A DNA stretch of 64,000 nucleotides from Armatimonadota bacterium (lineage in GTDB: Bacteria > Armatimonadota > HRBIN16). Position numbers and translations under genes: made by a program. Positions 1-9,820 of the stretch are shown piece by piece (positions within the stretch are counted from its first letter, which is position 1; the number at the start of each line of letters is the position of its first letter). Under the pieces are notes generated by a model. The model made no database searches and was not told where the DNA came from. It worked only from the letters and a program-made list of their open reading frames with translations. The stretch covers positions 3,008,001 through 3,072,000 of the forward strand of contig OY781964.1 of the NCBI GenBank assembly GCA_963677485.1, given 5' to 3'.

Positions 1-980
1 ACTCGCACATGTTCACATCACACAACCTGGTAGACTGGTCGCATTCCGGTCCGTTGCTGGATAATGACGGCAAGGCGTTCGAGGCCGAGTGTCCGGATCT
101 GTTCCCGCTGGCGGTCGACGGTGACCCTGGCAATATCAAATGGGTGTTCAGTGCTGCCGGGGTGTTCTACCTCATCGGGCATATGGACAAAACCGGTGGC
201 GATAAGCTGATGTTTGTGCCTGAGACGGACAAAATCGAGCCTCTGAAGGGCGTATACGACATCGTACACAAGATACCGGTGGGTGAACCCTACGCTTTAC
301 AGACCTTCTTTAATGACCCGCTTGGACGGCGCATTTCGATCGCATGGCTTCGTGACAAGTATATGAAGTGGAAGGACAAAAACTGGGAGAGTGCCCTGTC
401 CCTTCCCCTGGAGATGAAGCTGCGCACGATCAACGGGAAACTCCACATGACGCAGTATCCGGTCCGCGAGCTGAACAAGCAGCGCGATGGTAAGCCGATC
501 CTCAGCCTGCGGAATAAGGCGGTAGATGCTGGCAGCGCGAATATTCTCGGCGGTATGAATACCACGCTGGCTGATATCGAGGCCACGATCACACTCGGAA
601 CCGCCACGGAAGTCGGCTTCAAACTGCGTGTTGGTGAAGCCGCTGGTGGTCAAGAGGTTCTGGTCAAGTATGACAGGAAGCAAAACCGACTGATCGTGGA
701 TAAATCGAAGACCGACCCGGGGTTCGTGCCCCTCTATTCGCCAGAGATGGGCACACTCGATGGCAACAAGATCAAACTGAGGATCATTTTGGATCAGACA
801 TGCATCGATGTGTTCGGCAATGATGGAGAAGCGTTCGTCTCAGGTCTACTCTATTCGGAATTCAAGAACACCGGCATGGAGTTCTACGTGAACGGCACCG
901 CCAGCATCGATTCGCTGGATATCTACAAAATGAAGAAAATGAAGCGCAAAATGCCTGTGCGAGAAATGCTAGCTAAATAG
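1..980 (+). CDS. GH32 glycoside hydrolase (levanase/beta-fructofuranosidase), C-terminal part; 5'-truncated by the window edge
   Basis: ECPDLFPL acid/base motif, YALQTF, SIAW, LSLP and a C-terminal beta-sandwich (IDVFGNDG). Co-linear with the C-terminal third of 1037..3916. The frame is open to the window start. Confidence 0.9.
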   Translation, partial: SHMFTSHNLVDWSHSGPLLDNDGKAFEAECPDLFPLAVDGDPGNIKWVFSAAGVFYLIGHMDKTGGDKLMFVPETDKIEPLKGVYDIVHKIPVGEPYALQTFFNDPLGRRISIAWLRDKYMKWKDKNWESALSLPLEMKLRTINGKLHMTQYPVRELNKQRDGKPILSLRNKAVDAGSANILGGMNTTLADIEATITLGTATEVGFKLRVGEAAGGQEVLVKYDRKQNRLIVDKSKTDPGFVPLYSPEMGTLDGNKIKLRIILDQTCIDVFGNDGEAFVSGLLYSEFKNTGMEFYVNGTASIDSLDIYKMKKMKRKMPVREMLAK

Positions 981-1036
981 CCTTTCGGACTACACTATCA
1001 TTAATAATATCGCGAGAGACATACTCAGGAGATAAC

Positions 1037-3916
1037 ATGGGTTCATTGATAAATCGATCACGCGCGTGTATGGCCGCGGCCGTATTCACCGGCTGGCACG
1101 GGATTGGGGGCGACTGGAGCGCGACCGACACCGGGTGTCACGGAAACTGCCCCGGTAACGGCTTCTTCGTCTCTACCAAGGCTGTAGACCGCTCCGCGCC
1201 ATTCAGCTTTGAAGCGGATATGAAATTCACGGACGGCGGCAATGCGGCGGGGATCGTGTTTGGCATTAAGAATCCCGAAAACCCGCTGGCAAAGTGGTAC
1301 TGCATCAATGTGGTGAATGGCGGCGGAATCTCTATGATCTTCACGGAGACCGATTCGCGAGCTGACTGGATCGACAATAAGCAGCTTGAACCCGCCGAGA
1401 AGAGTGCTGGCAGCTATCACCTGAAGGTGGAACGCAAGCTTAAAGATGGCCCCTTCAGCTTTTACGTGAACGGTCGGCTCATCCACACCAAAGAGATGCC
1501 GTATTTTAAGGGCGGCTATTTCGGCGTGATGACATGCGGTGCTCAAGCCGATTTCGCGAACGTCGAGTGTTCTATCAATGGCAGCCCGGAAAGCTTCAAC
1601 ACCAACCTGACCGGTTGGAAGAGCATGGAAGGACCCTGGCAAGTGACGGCCAACGGCTACCAACCGCCATCGGAGACTGAGAGCTGGGCTCTGTGTGACC
1701 AGAACATCGAAGCCGACGCGAGCTTCATATATGAGGGTGACATCTTGATGCCCGCCGAAAGTTCAGGTGGCCTGGTCTTTGGAGCGCAGACGGCAGGCTC
1801 AGCCCAGAAACCAAACCGATGGGTGCAGTTCGGTGTGGAGAAAGGCGCGACAGCCACCGTCACCGCCCATTCTGAAGCGGGCGTGGACTGGACGCTCAGT
1901 CGGCCTTTGACCGATGCGGAAAAGAAAACTGGCCATTACCGGCTGCGTGTGGAGTGCCTGGAGAAGCATACCGCCAGATTCCTGCTTAACGAGAATATGG
2001 TGGGCAGCAAGGAGCTGGCTGTTTCCGCCGGTGGTATGTTCGGTATCACCGCCACAGGTTCGAATGTCTGCATCGATAATGTGAACTACTTCCCCGCTTC
2101 GATGCCGAAACTGAAGAAGCTGGAAATCGGCGGGGCCAAACTGGATCGAGCCTTCGACCCCGTTGTGCCGGTCTACTGGTCTACTGTAGGATACAAGATC
2201 AAGTCGGTGAAGATCAAAGCGGTGGCCAACTATACCTCCTCACTGATGATCAACGCGTCAGAGCCTGTCGGTGGGAAGCCGGTGGAGGTCGCCCTGTCGG
2301 AGGGCTACAACACCATCCGGGTGAAGGCCTGCGACAAGGGATCTGATCTGGTGAAGCAGTACACCATCAACCTGATCCGTAAGCCGAATCCCGCCACGAT
2401 ATACAAAGAGACGGCGCGACCGCAGTTCCACTTTACGCCCTTCATGTACCAAATGAATGACCCCAACGGGCTGGTTTACAACGAGGCGACGGGCGAGTAT
2501 CACCTCTTCTTCCAGTGTAACCGGCCGTTCGACACCGGTCTGCCGGATGTCACGGGCACCACCGCCTGGGGCCACGCCGTGTCGCGCGACATGATGAACT
2601 GGGAGGAGTGGCCGCTGGCGATCCTCCCCGACAAAAATGGGATGGCCTGGAGCGGGTCGTGCGTGACCGACCGCAACAACAGCTCCGGGCAGTTTGATAG
2701 CAGCACCCCGGCCGGGGCCAGGATGGTGGCCTTCTGGGCCAGTGTGAGCGGCGACTCGACCTACGGCTACGCCAAGGAGAGCATGGCCTATTCGAAAGAT
2801 GGTGGCCGCACCTGGATATCTCATCCGAGTAACCCGGTAGTCAAGAATCCCGGAAGCATATATGGCGGAGGGCTGCGCGACCCCAAAGTGAACTGGTATG
2901 TTGATAAATCGATGCCGAACGGCGGCATCTGGATGATGGTCACCGTGGGCGGGACGCATATCTTCACCTCGCACAACCTGATCGACTGGACTCATTGCGG
3001 GGCCATGAAGGACGTGAATGGCGGGAGTTTCGACTCCGAATGCCCCGACCTGTTCCCGTTGGCGGTCGATGGCGATCCGAATAACATCAAGTGGGTGTTC
3101 ACGGGCAGCGGGGTGTTCTATTTGATCGGGCACATGGAGAAGACCGGCGAGGACAAGCTGATGTTCGTGCCAGAAACCGAGAAGATCGTGCCACTGGAGG
3201 GCTTTGCCGACCTGGTGCCGGGGATGCCTCTGCCCGAAACATACGCCACCCAGACCTTCTACAACGACCCGAAGGGGCGTCGGGTTTCGATTAGCTGGAT
3301 CCGCGACCCTTTGATGGGATGGAAAGACAAGAACTGGAACAGTGCCCAGTCGCTGCCGCTGGAGAACAAGCTGCGCACCATCAACGGCAAAGTGACGCTG
3401 GTGAAGTACCCGGTGGCCGAGGTCAACAAGATGCGCAATGGCAGGCCCATATTGAGCCTGCGCCATCAGGCCGTGGATGCCGGCAGTTCCAACCCGCTGC
3501 AGGGGATTTGCGCCTCAGTGGCGGACATCGATGCGGTGATCACGCTGGGCACCGCCACGGAGCTTGGCTTCAAGCTGCGGGTGGGTGAGGCCGCGGGTGG
3601 ACAGCAACTGCTGGTCAGATATGACAGGAAACAGGGCAAGCTGTTTGTGGACAAGCTGAAGAGCGGGGCCGGATGGGTCGGCGTGTATGAGGCCGCGATG
3701 CTGCCCATGCCGGGCGATAAGATCAAGCTGCAGATGCTGCTGGACCAGATCTGCTTCGACGTGTTCGGCAACGAGGGGGCGGTTTCCATCCTGGGGCTGA
3801 TCTACTCGGAGTTTGAGAACAACGGCATGGAGTTCTTCACCAACGGCACCGCCACCATCGATTCGCTGGATGTCTTCAAGATGAAGTCGATGAAGCGCAG
3901 CGCCAGCAAGCTGTAA
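1037..3916 (+). CDS. Multidomain GH32 fructan hydrolase: two N-terminal ConA/LamG-like beta-sandwiches, a cadherin-like domain and the GH32 catalytic module
   Basis: RPQFHFTP..MNDPNG nucleophile motif, WGHAVSRD, WSGS, RDPKV, ECPD. The LDRAFDP...YNTIRVKA segment resembles a cadherin-like beta-sandwich. RBS AGGAG upstream. Confidence 0.9.
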   Translation: MGSLINRSRACMAAAVFTGWHGIGGDWSATDTGCHGNCPGNGFFVSTKAVDRSAPFSFEADMKFTDGGNAAGIVFGIKNPENPLAKWYCINVVNGGGISMIFTETDSRADWIDNKQLEPAEKSAGSYHLKVERKLKDGPFSFYVNGRLIHTKEMPYFKGGYFGVMTCGAQADFANVECSINGSPESFNTNLTGWKSMEGPWQVTANGYQPPSETESWALCDQNIEADASFIYEGDILMPAESSGGLVFGAQTAGSAQKPNRWVQFGVEKGATATVTAHSEAGVDWTLSRPLTDAEKKTGHYRLRVECLEKHTARFLLNENMVGSKELAVSAGGMFGITATGSNVCIDNVNYFPASMPKLKKLEIGGAKLDRAFDPVVPVYWSTVGYKIKSVKIKAVANYTSSLMINASEPVGGKPVEVALSEGYNTIRVKACDKGSDLVKQYTINLIRKPNPATIYKETARPQFHFTPFMYQMNDPNGLVYNEATGEYHLFFQCNRPFDTGLPDVTGTTAWGHAVSRDMMNWEEWPLAILPDKNGMAWSGSCVTDRNNSSGQFDSSTPAGARMVAFWASVSGDSTYGYAKESMAYSKDGGRTWISHPSNPVVKNPGSIYGGGLRDPKVNWYVDKSMPNGGIWMMVTVGGTHIFTSHNLIDWTHCGAMKDVNGGSFDSECPDLFPLAVDGDPNNIKWVFTGSGVFYLIGHMEKTGEDKLMFVPETEKIVPLEGFADLVPGMPLPETYATQTFYNDPKGRRVSISWIRDPLMGWKDKNWNSAQSLPLENKLRTINGKVTLVKYPVAEVNKMRNGRPILSLRHQAVDAGSSNPLQGICASVADIDAVITLGTATELGFKLRVGEAAGGQQLLVRYDRKQGKLFVDKLKSGAGWVGVYEAAMLPMPGDKIKLQMLLDQICFDVFGNEGAVSILGLIYSEFENNGMEFFTNGTATIDSLDVFKMKSMKRSASKL

Positions 3917-3947
3917 GGGCGGTTCGCGAACTGCCCTCTCCTCCGAT

Positions 3948-4157
3948 GCCACTGTCCGGGGCGGTCTGACAGTAATATGGCGGTTGCAGATGGCTATAGA
4001 CCGCGCCGGTCTTTTTCCTTGGCGTACGGCGATTGGCACGGAGGGGACGTTCTCACGCGAAGACGCGAAGGCGCGAAGGTGTAATGACCGGCGCGGTTTT
4101 TCAGTACGCTGGCGATAGCTATGTAGATACCCTCCGCGCCGGTCTGGCGGATAGCCC
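3948..4157. repeat. Palindromic repeat family A (REP/MITE-like), rearranged copy
   Basis: Contains TGTCCGGGGCGGTCTG, GACCGCGCCGGTC and the reverse complement of GGGCTATCCGCCAGACCGGCGCGG, all shared with the copies at 23761, 37215 and 48260. Confidence 0.8.
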
Positions 4158-4254
4158 GTGATCGAGGCGATATCAGCCGCGGGTTTTGTCACCCACACAC
4201 GACTACGTTCCGGGAGCTGACGCTCCGGGAACTGCGTTCGGTGCGGGTTCCTGC

Positions 4255-4318
4255 ACCGCGCGGCTGATCATTAGCGGCCGGCGTCGCTCCGCTCCGGCCG
4301 GCGCAGGGAGGTCCCCGC
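4255..4318. repeat. Partial copy of repeat family B
   Basis: CACCGCGCGGCTGATCATTAGCGGCCGGCGTCGCTCCGCTCCGGCCGGCGCAGGG matches the core of 8570..8848. Confidence 0.8.
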
Positions 4319-4857
4319 TGTCAGTTTTAGGTTAGTTAAGTCCTGCCAAACCGGTCATCTGTTCAATACGTGGTTCAAAGGGTAGAGCGGTCCGTACTGT
4401 TCAAGGTTCGGTTTATGAAATGTACTGCGTTCAGGCGGGTTGAGATAACGAACTGAAGAGCATGCCACCTCGTTGAATTGAGGGTGGTTCAGCATGGTCA
4501 ATAAGGACAGATGAGACATGTGATCACTGGTTTAGCTCTATCATGCCAAGAGCCGATTCTGCTAAACGAACGATTCATCTACCCTGCAGGCCATTCCTTT
4601 TTCTGACTTCAGGGGCCATGTACTAAGGTCACGAGTGACATCACCGATAATGTGAGGTGATATGTTTGCCTGTAAACCTAAGCCTAAACGTAAGTAAATC
4701 TCACCCCTTCAGAATAGGAGGGGTTTTAATTCTGGCATTCACAAGATTGAAATATGATGTATAATTGCCGTGGTATTGAAAGGATCAAGCGCATGCTTGG
4801 CTGTTATTCTATATAATGATGACCTTGTCTACATTTCTATGATACTCAGGTGGATTG

Positions 4858-5655
4858 ATGAGCAGCAGCGGTTCGGAGAAACAGCGTGGGCAATGGACGT
4901 GGCCTGTCATTTTAGGTATTGGACTGGCTGTGATCTCCATACTATACGCCATATACACGAATTACACATCGAAGCTAGAGAAGGAGCCGACATACACAAT
5001 AGATAGTACCAGCCTGATATCAAAGTCTCAGGCATCTATCCCTCAACTGAAAGTGTCATATAAAGGAACTCCCGTAAAGTCACTGACCTCCACTAATATT
5101 CGGTTTTGGAACGCTGGTCGAAAAGCAATTAGCCGAAGCGATATTTCAATCGAAGGTCCACTCTATATATGCGTTCCAAAGGGAGCCAACATATTATTGT
5201 TTGGTATGATCAAGACTACAGGTAGTAATGCTAAGCCATCACTTAAGCGTATCATTACGCCTGAAGGTGAGCGAGTGTTGGTTGATTTTGAGTTCCTGAA
5301 TTATAACGATGGATTTATGGTGCAACTATTGACAGATGGTAATAACGGAGGTGACTGGAAAGTAACAGGGATACTGAGAGATTCACAGCCCATAGCCATT
5401 ACATCGGCAAGTGCAATACCAACATCAAAGCAAAATGAGTATATCTTTTTACTTATATTTTATGTATTTATCCTTATCGTCGCACTACAAATGATCGTTA
5501 GTACTATTAGATGGAAGAATGATGAATATCTAAAGATATTTATGTGGTCTATGCTCGCTCTAATTACCATAGCTGTGGTGTTATTATTGCTCTGCTTATT
5601 CGGGATAACTAGTTTCCTTTTAGGGAATTCTTATATTCCACAGACACTTCGTTGA
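4858..5655 (+). CDS. Hypothetical membrane protein (one N-terminal TM, soluble domain, two C-terminal TMs), AT-rich
   Basis: 265-aa ORF with clear hydrophobic segments. Base composition is visibly more AT-rich than neighbouring genes. Confidence 0.7.
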   Translation: MSSSGSEKQRGQWTWPVILGIGLAVISILYAIYTNYTSKLEKEPTYTIDSTSLISKSQASIPQLKVSYKGTPVKSLTSTNIRFWNAGRKAISRSDISIEGPLYICVPKGANILLFGMIKTTGSNAKPSLKRIITPEGERVLVDFEFLNYNDGFMVQLLTDGNNGGDWKVTGILRDSQPIAITSASAIPTSKQNEYIFLLIFYVFILIVALQMIVSTIRWKNDEYLKIFMWSMLALITIAVVLLLLCLFGITSFLLGNSYIPQTLR

Positions 5656-5810
5656 GGCCTTCCTCATACAGCTATTCATTCAGCCTGCAGGAAACAGTGG
5701 GCTTTCTCTTTTATGTACTGGTATAATCAGAACGTCAGCTTATATTTTCTTAAGATAGTGACAACACACTACCTGTGGTTACATTGGTTAACTACTATGA
5801 CTACATCTGA

Positions 5811-5885
5811 GCGGGAGTAGTTCAGCGGTAGAACGTCAGCTTCCCAAGCTGGATGTCGCGAGTTCGATCCTCGTCTCCCGCTCCA
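5811..5885 (+). tRNA. tRNA-Gly (anticodon CCC)
   Basis: GCGGGAG/CTCCCGC acceptor stem, D-loop AGCGGTA, anticodon arm CAGC-TTCCCAA-GCTG, T-loop GTTCGAT, encoded 3' CCA. Confidence 0.97.
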
Positions 5886-6064
5886 ACACCTTACACCCCA
5901 GCGCCTACATTCTCCGCCCGTTGTCGCAGATGCTCCCCTCGTGTTACACTTCAGACAGGATGGCGTTGCGCTGCAACTCAGTCGACAGGATATGAAATTG
6001 GCGGTAACACCAGGAGCGGAGGGTAAGCACATGAAGTCAGCAGATCCCGCAGCCGGATACTAAT

Positions 6065-7222
6065 ATGAACAAGCGGTTTTTGGCATATATGTGTGTTCAA
6101 AGCGGATTTTTGATGAACATCGCCGCCGGGGTCCAGGTCACGAAACTGGAGACCTCAGCACCGAATCTGCTGCTGACAGCCGGTCGAATCACTTATATTC
6201 AACGGGAGCTTCGCGCTGGTAATCCGGTGATATCTGAAGCCTATCAGCAGCTCATCGGCAATGCCGAAGCCAGTATGGCTCTGTCACCTGATCCTATAGT
6301 AGGTGAAGTCCGGGTTCCGGGATTCTACACCAGCAAGCGTGAAGAACACCGGGCGGTGGTCAGGAGGCTTAGGTTGGACGCCAACGCGGCGAACTGCCTG
6401 GCTCTGGCTTATGCGATCAGCAAAGAGCGTAAATATGCGGATAAATCGAAAGAGTATCTCTACGCATGGGTGCATAAACTGGGCCAGCCCCGTGATGGCG
6501 GCACCTGGCTGGATGCGTTGACGCTGAGCAAAAAGGGCGACACACCGCTTGTGATCACCTATACATTTCCGAGTTTCATGTACGCCTTCGATACCTTGCA
6601 GGGGCTTGGGCAACTGTCCGAAAGTGAGATCAATGAGTTCCGCCAATGGCTGCGTGTCTACGTCAACTACTGCGCACACGAACGCATGTTCAAGAACAAC
6701 CACTACAACTGGCAGGCGCTGTTTATGCTGTGTGCCGGGCATGTGCTCCAAGATAATGATGTTTTCACCACAGGCATGAGGTATTTCAAGAAGAGCATCG
6801 ACTACCAGATACTGGGCGATGGTTCGTTGGCCCTTGAGATGTGGCGTGAGGATAAGTGCGGAACATATACCTTGATGGCGCTTGAGGCCATGGTTCAGGG
6901 GGCACATATCGCCGTGGTCCATGGTCACCCAGAGGTGCTGACGACTCGATCTCGGTTTGGAGCGAGTATGAAGGATGCGGTCGATTGCCTGATCAGCTTT
7001 CTTGATGATCCTGACCACTGGCAGACGAACAGGCGCAGGTGGTATGTGGGCTACACGAAACAAAACAGGCCTGATGACAACTCAAACTGGGGCTGGCTTC
7101 AGGAACTTCCGCACGTGTGGTGGCCTGATGCGAAATACCCTGCATACATGCAGAAGCGTCCGTATGGTCTGGGCGACCGCGCCTACACGCTGAACTACTC
7201 CACGCTGCTCTTCGCGCGCTGA
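6065..7222 (+). CDS. Alginate lyase family (alpha/alpha-toroid polysaccharide lyase) protein
   Basis: LALAY...KYADK..EYL.AW, the catalytic-type NNHYNW motif, and QI..DGSL..E..R...YT..AL. Substrate uncertain. Confidence 0.75.
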   Translation: MNKRFLAYMCVQSGFLMNIAAGVQVTKLETSAPNLLLTAGRITYIQRELRAGNPVISEAYQQLIGNAEASMALSPDPIVGEVRVPGFYTSKREEHRAVVRRLRLDANAANCLALAYAISKERKYADKSKEYLYAWVHKLGQPRDGGTWLDALTLSKKGDTPLVITYTFPSFMYAFDTLQGLGQLSESEINEFRQWLRVYVNYCAHERMFKNNHYNWQALFMLCAGHVLQDNDVFTTGMRYFKKSIDYQILGDGSLALEMWREDKCGTYTLMALEAMVQGAHIAVVHGHPEVLTTRSRFGASMKDAVDCLISFLDDPDHWQTNRRRWYVGYTKQNRPDDNSNWGWLQELPHVWWPDAKYPAYMQKRPYGLGDRAYTLNYSTLLFAR

Positions 7223-7292
7223 TCTTGATGCGTGTTTAGTCACAGCAACGATGACCTCGCGTGAACCCAACTTACATACACAGAAGGAACAA

Positions 7293-7871
7293 ATGCCAAG
7301 CCAAACCCCTGCAATGAATATCCCCGAAACCGAACCGGAGCTGGTGGTGCTGTGCGACGACGCTGACCGTCCGATCGGCACAGCGGAAAAAGAACTCGTG
7401 CATACGGCCAACACCCCGCTGCACCAAGCCTTCAGCCTGTTCCTGTTCAACCCTAAAGGCGAACTGCTGTTGCAGCAGCGCAGCCACCTCAAGAAGACCT
7501 GGCCGTTGGAGTGGAGCAATAGCTGCTGCGGTCACCCGCTACCTGGGGAGAGCCGCGTTGAGGCGGTTCACCGGCGGTTTCGCGCTGAGTTAGGCTGCGA
7601 TGTGTTGAACCTGCGGTTGGAGCTGCCCGACTACCGCTACCGCGCCGAGAAAGCCGGCATTGTGGAGAATGAAATCTGCCCGGTGTTCACTGGGGTGATC
7701 TCTGGTGAGCTGCAACCTGATCCGCAGGAGGTGGAGGCGATGCGCTGGATCGGCTGGGCCGAGTTCTGTCGGCAGGTGAGTGAGGGCAGTCTGGCCGTGA
7801 GCCCGTGGTGCATTGAGGAGACTCAGTTGTTAGTGGCGAAGGGGTTTCATCCGCTGGTCAGGACGTCCTGA
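7293..7871 (+). CDS. idi: Isopentenyl-diphosphate delta-isomerase type 1
   Basis: LHQAFSLFLFN, LLQQRS..KKTWP, WSNSCCGHP, ENEICPVF, SPW. Start chosen from the AAGGA RBS; the ORF track starts at 7251. Confidence 0.92.
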   Translation: MPSQTPAMNIPETEPELVVLCDDADRPIGTAEKELVHTANTPLHQAFSLFLFNPKGELLLQQRSHLKKTWPLEWSNSCCGHPLPGESRVEAVHRRFRAELGCDVLNLRLELPDYRYRAEKAGIVENEICPVFTGVISGELQPDPQEVEAMRWIGWAEFCRQVSEGSLAVSPWCIEETQLLVAKGFHPLVRTS

Positions 7872-8302
7872 TCCACATCGGACTCCGGCGATGAATCGAC
7901 TGTAGTCTGCCGACCTTGGTCAAGGACTGCCACATCATCCACAAAAGCCGCCATCGACTTCTGCAGGTTGTCCAACACTGTCGCCCATTCACGCAGGTGT
8001 GTCTGTCCATCTGGTGAGATTCCGTAGATGTGCCGCGCGGGCCCGGTGCCGCTGGTATCCCAGCTCGATGTGACGAACCCCATGGTCTCCAGGCGCTGCA
8101 GTGTGCGGTAGAGTGCGCCGCGGTCTATTTCGGTATCGGTCAGCGCGTGTTCCGCCAGCTCTTTACTCAGTTCATAGCCATACGCCGGGCCATGGTGTTC
8201 AAGCACGAACAGCACCACAGGCTCCACAAACCGATAGAGGTTCCCCATGGCACAACTGCATGGGCGTTTTCCGGCGTGACGGTGGCACTGACCTCTGGGC
8301 AT
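7847..8302 (-). CDS. PadR-family transcriptional regulator with Cys/His-rich N-terminal extension
   Basis: YGYEL, GALYRTLQRLE..G.V.S.W, GPARHIY. RBS AGGAG upstream of 8302. Confidence 0.88.
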   Translation of the reverse strand: MPRGQCHRHAGKRPCSCAMGNLYRFVEPVVLFVLEHHGPAYGYELSKELAEHALTDTEIDRGALYRTLQRLETMGFVTSSWDTSGTGPARHIYGISPDGQTHLREWATVLDNLQKSMAAFVDDVAVLDQGRQTTVDSSPESDVDQDVLTSG

Positions 8303-8391
8303 CTTGTGGGTTCTCCTAATGTGGCGGATCGACAGATGTAATACATCGTAACCCTGCCATCTCTATCATCCATATTAGCATGAATCTGCTA

Positions 8392-8470
8392 TATATGCAA
8401 TATACATCTATATGCTATTGTGTTCTACTTCTAAATATGGTAACACTATAGATGTAAGTTGCATATAACA
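8392..8470. promoter_or_regulatory. Inverted pair of 21-bp operator-like boxes in the padR/orp divergent promoter
   Basis: TATATGCAATATACATCTATA (8392-8412) and TATAGATGTAAGTTGCATATA (8447-8467) are reverse complements at 19/21 positions. Confidence 0.65.
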
Positions 8471-8569
8471 GTCTGATACGGTGCCCTCAGCATTCGGGAA
8501 TATCCCCAATACTGACCCGTCCATGATGATGTGAAACAGATATGTGCAATACATATATGTGTAAACAAC

Positions 8570-8848
8570 AAGCACCCGTCTGTGCATGCACCGCAGCCCA
8601 TGGTGTAACTGATGATGCCGGCAAATCGCCACGGGTTCAGTCACCCCACGGGACTGGCGTCCCTACGGGGTTTCCTCACCGCGTGGCTGATCATTAGCGG
8701 TCGGCGTCGCTTCGCTCCGGCCGGCGCAGGGCGTATCCCCGCGTCCGCTTCAGCGGACAGCCACATGATAAGCGACGGGTGACGAGGCCTGCTTTAGCGG
8801 GCTGATGGAACCCGTCGCAGTTTGGCGGCATAACCTTAATTACGACCA
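8570..8848. repeat. Repeat family B (~250-280 bp multi-hairpin MITE/BIME-like element)
   Basis: Highly similar to the reverse complement of 37386..37663. Internal hairpins GTCCGCTTCAGCGGAC and GCCTGCTTTAGCGGGC. Confidence 0.85.
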
Positions 8849-8972
8849 GCTATATACAAGACCCGATGTTCCGGCACAACCAGGCTCGATGAAGTCTGTT
8901 GCACCGGCCATGGCCTCCAATGCCAAGTGATGGCTGAGGCCGTAACTGACGGAAACGTCAAGGAGCATACCG

Positions 8973-9536
8973 ATGAAAATCGCAATATCGTCTATGGGTA
9001 ATCAAATGGACTCGCTTGTGGACCCCCGACTTGGTCGGGCTGCATGGTTCATAATCGTCGACACGGACACCATGGACTTCAACGCAATCCCAAATGAGGC
9101 TGCGGAAGCCGGTCAAGGGGCTGGTATACAAGCCGCGCAGTTGTTGTCTAAACAGGGTGTATCGGCCGTGATCACGGGGAATGTTGGGCCCAATGCCTTT
9201 CAAGCACTGACCGCAGCCGGTATACGGATGTTCGAAGCGGTTGATGTGAGCGTGAAGACTGCCGTAGATCAGTTCATGAACGATGATGTGCAGCCGATAT
9301 TAGTCTCTGAGCCAAGTGGTTCGTCACCATCAAACCCACTCATTAACCAGGCTGCTGCGCCAACGGCTAACGGTGTGGTGCCACCCCAGTTGCCGGGTCA
9401 AGCTCAAGGCCAGGGAGCAGGCCGAGGGCGTGGCCAGGGTATGGGCCGTGGCCAAGGTCAAGGCATGGGCCGCGGTAAGGGTCAGGGCGGTGGACGTGGT
9501 GGATGTCGGCGTGCTAACGGAGGCGGTGGGGCATAA
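8973..9536 (+). CDS. NifB/NifX-family (FeMo-co-binding fold, ORP-like) protein with Gly-rich tail
   Basis: MKIAISS...VDPRLGRA..F, GAGIQAAQ, VITGNVGPNAF; tail of GQGMGRG repeats. Confidence 0.88.
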   Translation: MKIAISSMGNQMDSLVDPRLGRAAWFIIVDTDTMDFNAIPNEAAEAGQGAGIQAAQLLSKQGVSAVITGNVGPNAFQALTAAGIRMFEAVDVSVKTAVDQFMNDDVQPILVSEPSGSSPSNPLINQAAAPTANGVVPPQLPGQAQGQGAGRGRGQGMGRGQGQGMGRGKGQGGGRGGCRRANGGGGA

Positions 9537-9565
9537 CCCCGTATGCTGCTTAAGGAGGAAACACA

Positions 9566-9820
9566 GTGCCTCAACGAGATGGAACCGGCCCCAATGGGCA
9601 AAGACAAACAACAGGCAGGGGAGTTGGTGGTTGTACGCCTGATGGACAGCCCATGGCCCCTGATCGCCGCTTTGAAGAAAATCAAACATTTTGGATGTGG
9701 CTGGGGTCATACGCTGCGTCCCTACTGAAAAGACTGTCAGCCTCAGCTAAGATCAATCGCAGCGGCCGTGGCCGATCTGGCGGCCGAGGCAGAGGCAAGG
9801 GAAAAGGACGATCATCATGA
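9566..9820 (+). CDS. DUF5320-like small Gly/Arg-rich protein
   Basis: MPQRDGTGPNG...TGRGVGGC N-terminus typical of this family; GTG start with AGGAGG RBS. Confidence 0.7.
   Translation: MPQRDGTGPNGQRQTTGRGVGGCTPDGQPMAPDRRFEENQTFWMWLGSYAASLLKRLSASAKINRSGRGRSGGRGRGKGKGRSS

Noticed and set aside
2258-3466. Long antisense ORF of 402 aa (also 6284-7063, 28102-29145, 35109-36086, 37826-38764, 42313-43233)
   Set aside because: Shadow ORFs opposite well-supported genes, expected from GC-rich codon bias; no recognisable motifs.
5811-5885. tRNA-anchored prophage or integrative element
   Set aside because: No integrase or phage genes, and no duplicated tRNA 3' end seen downstream.
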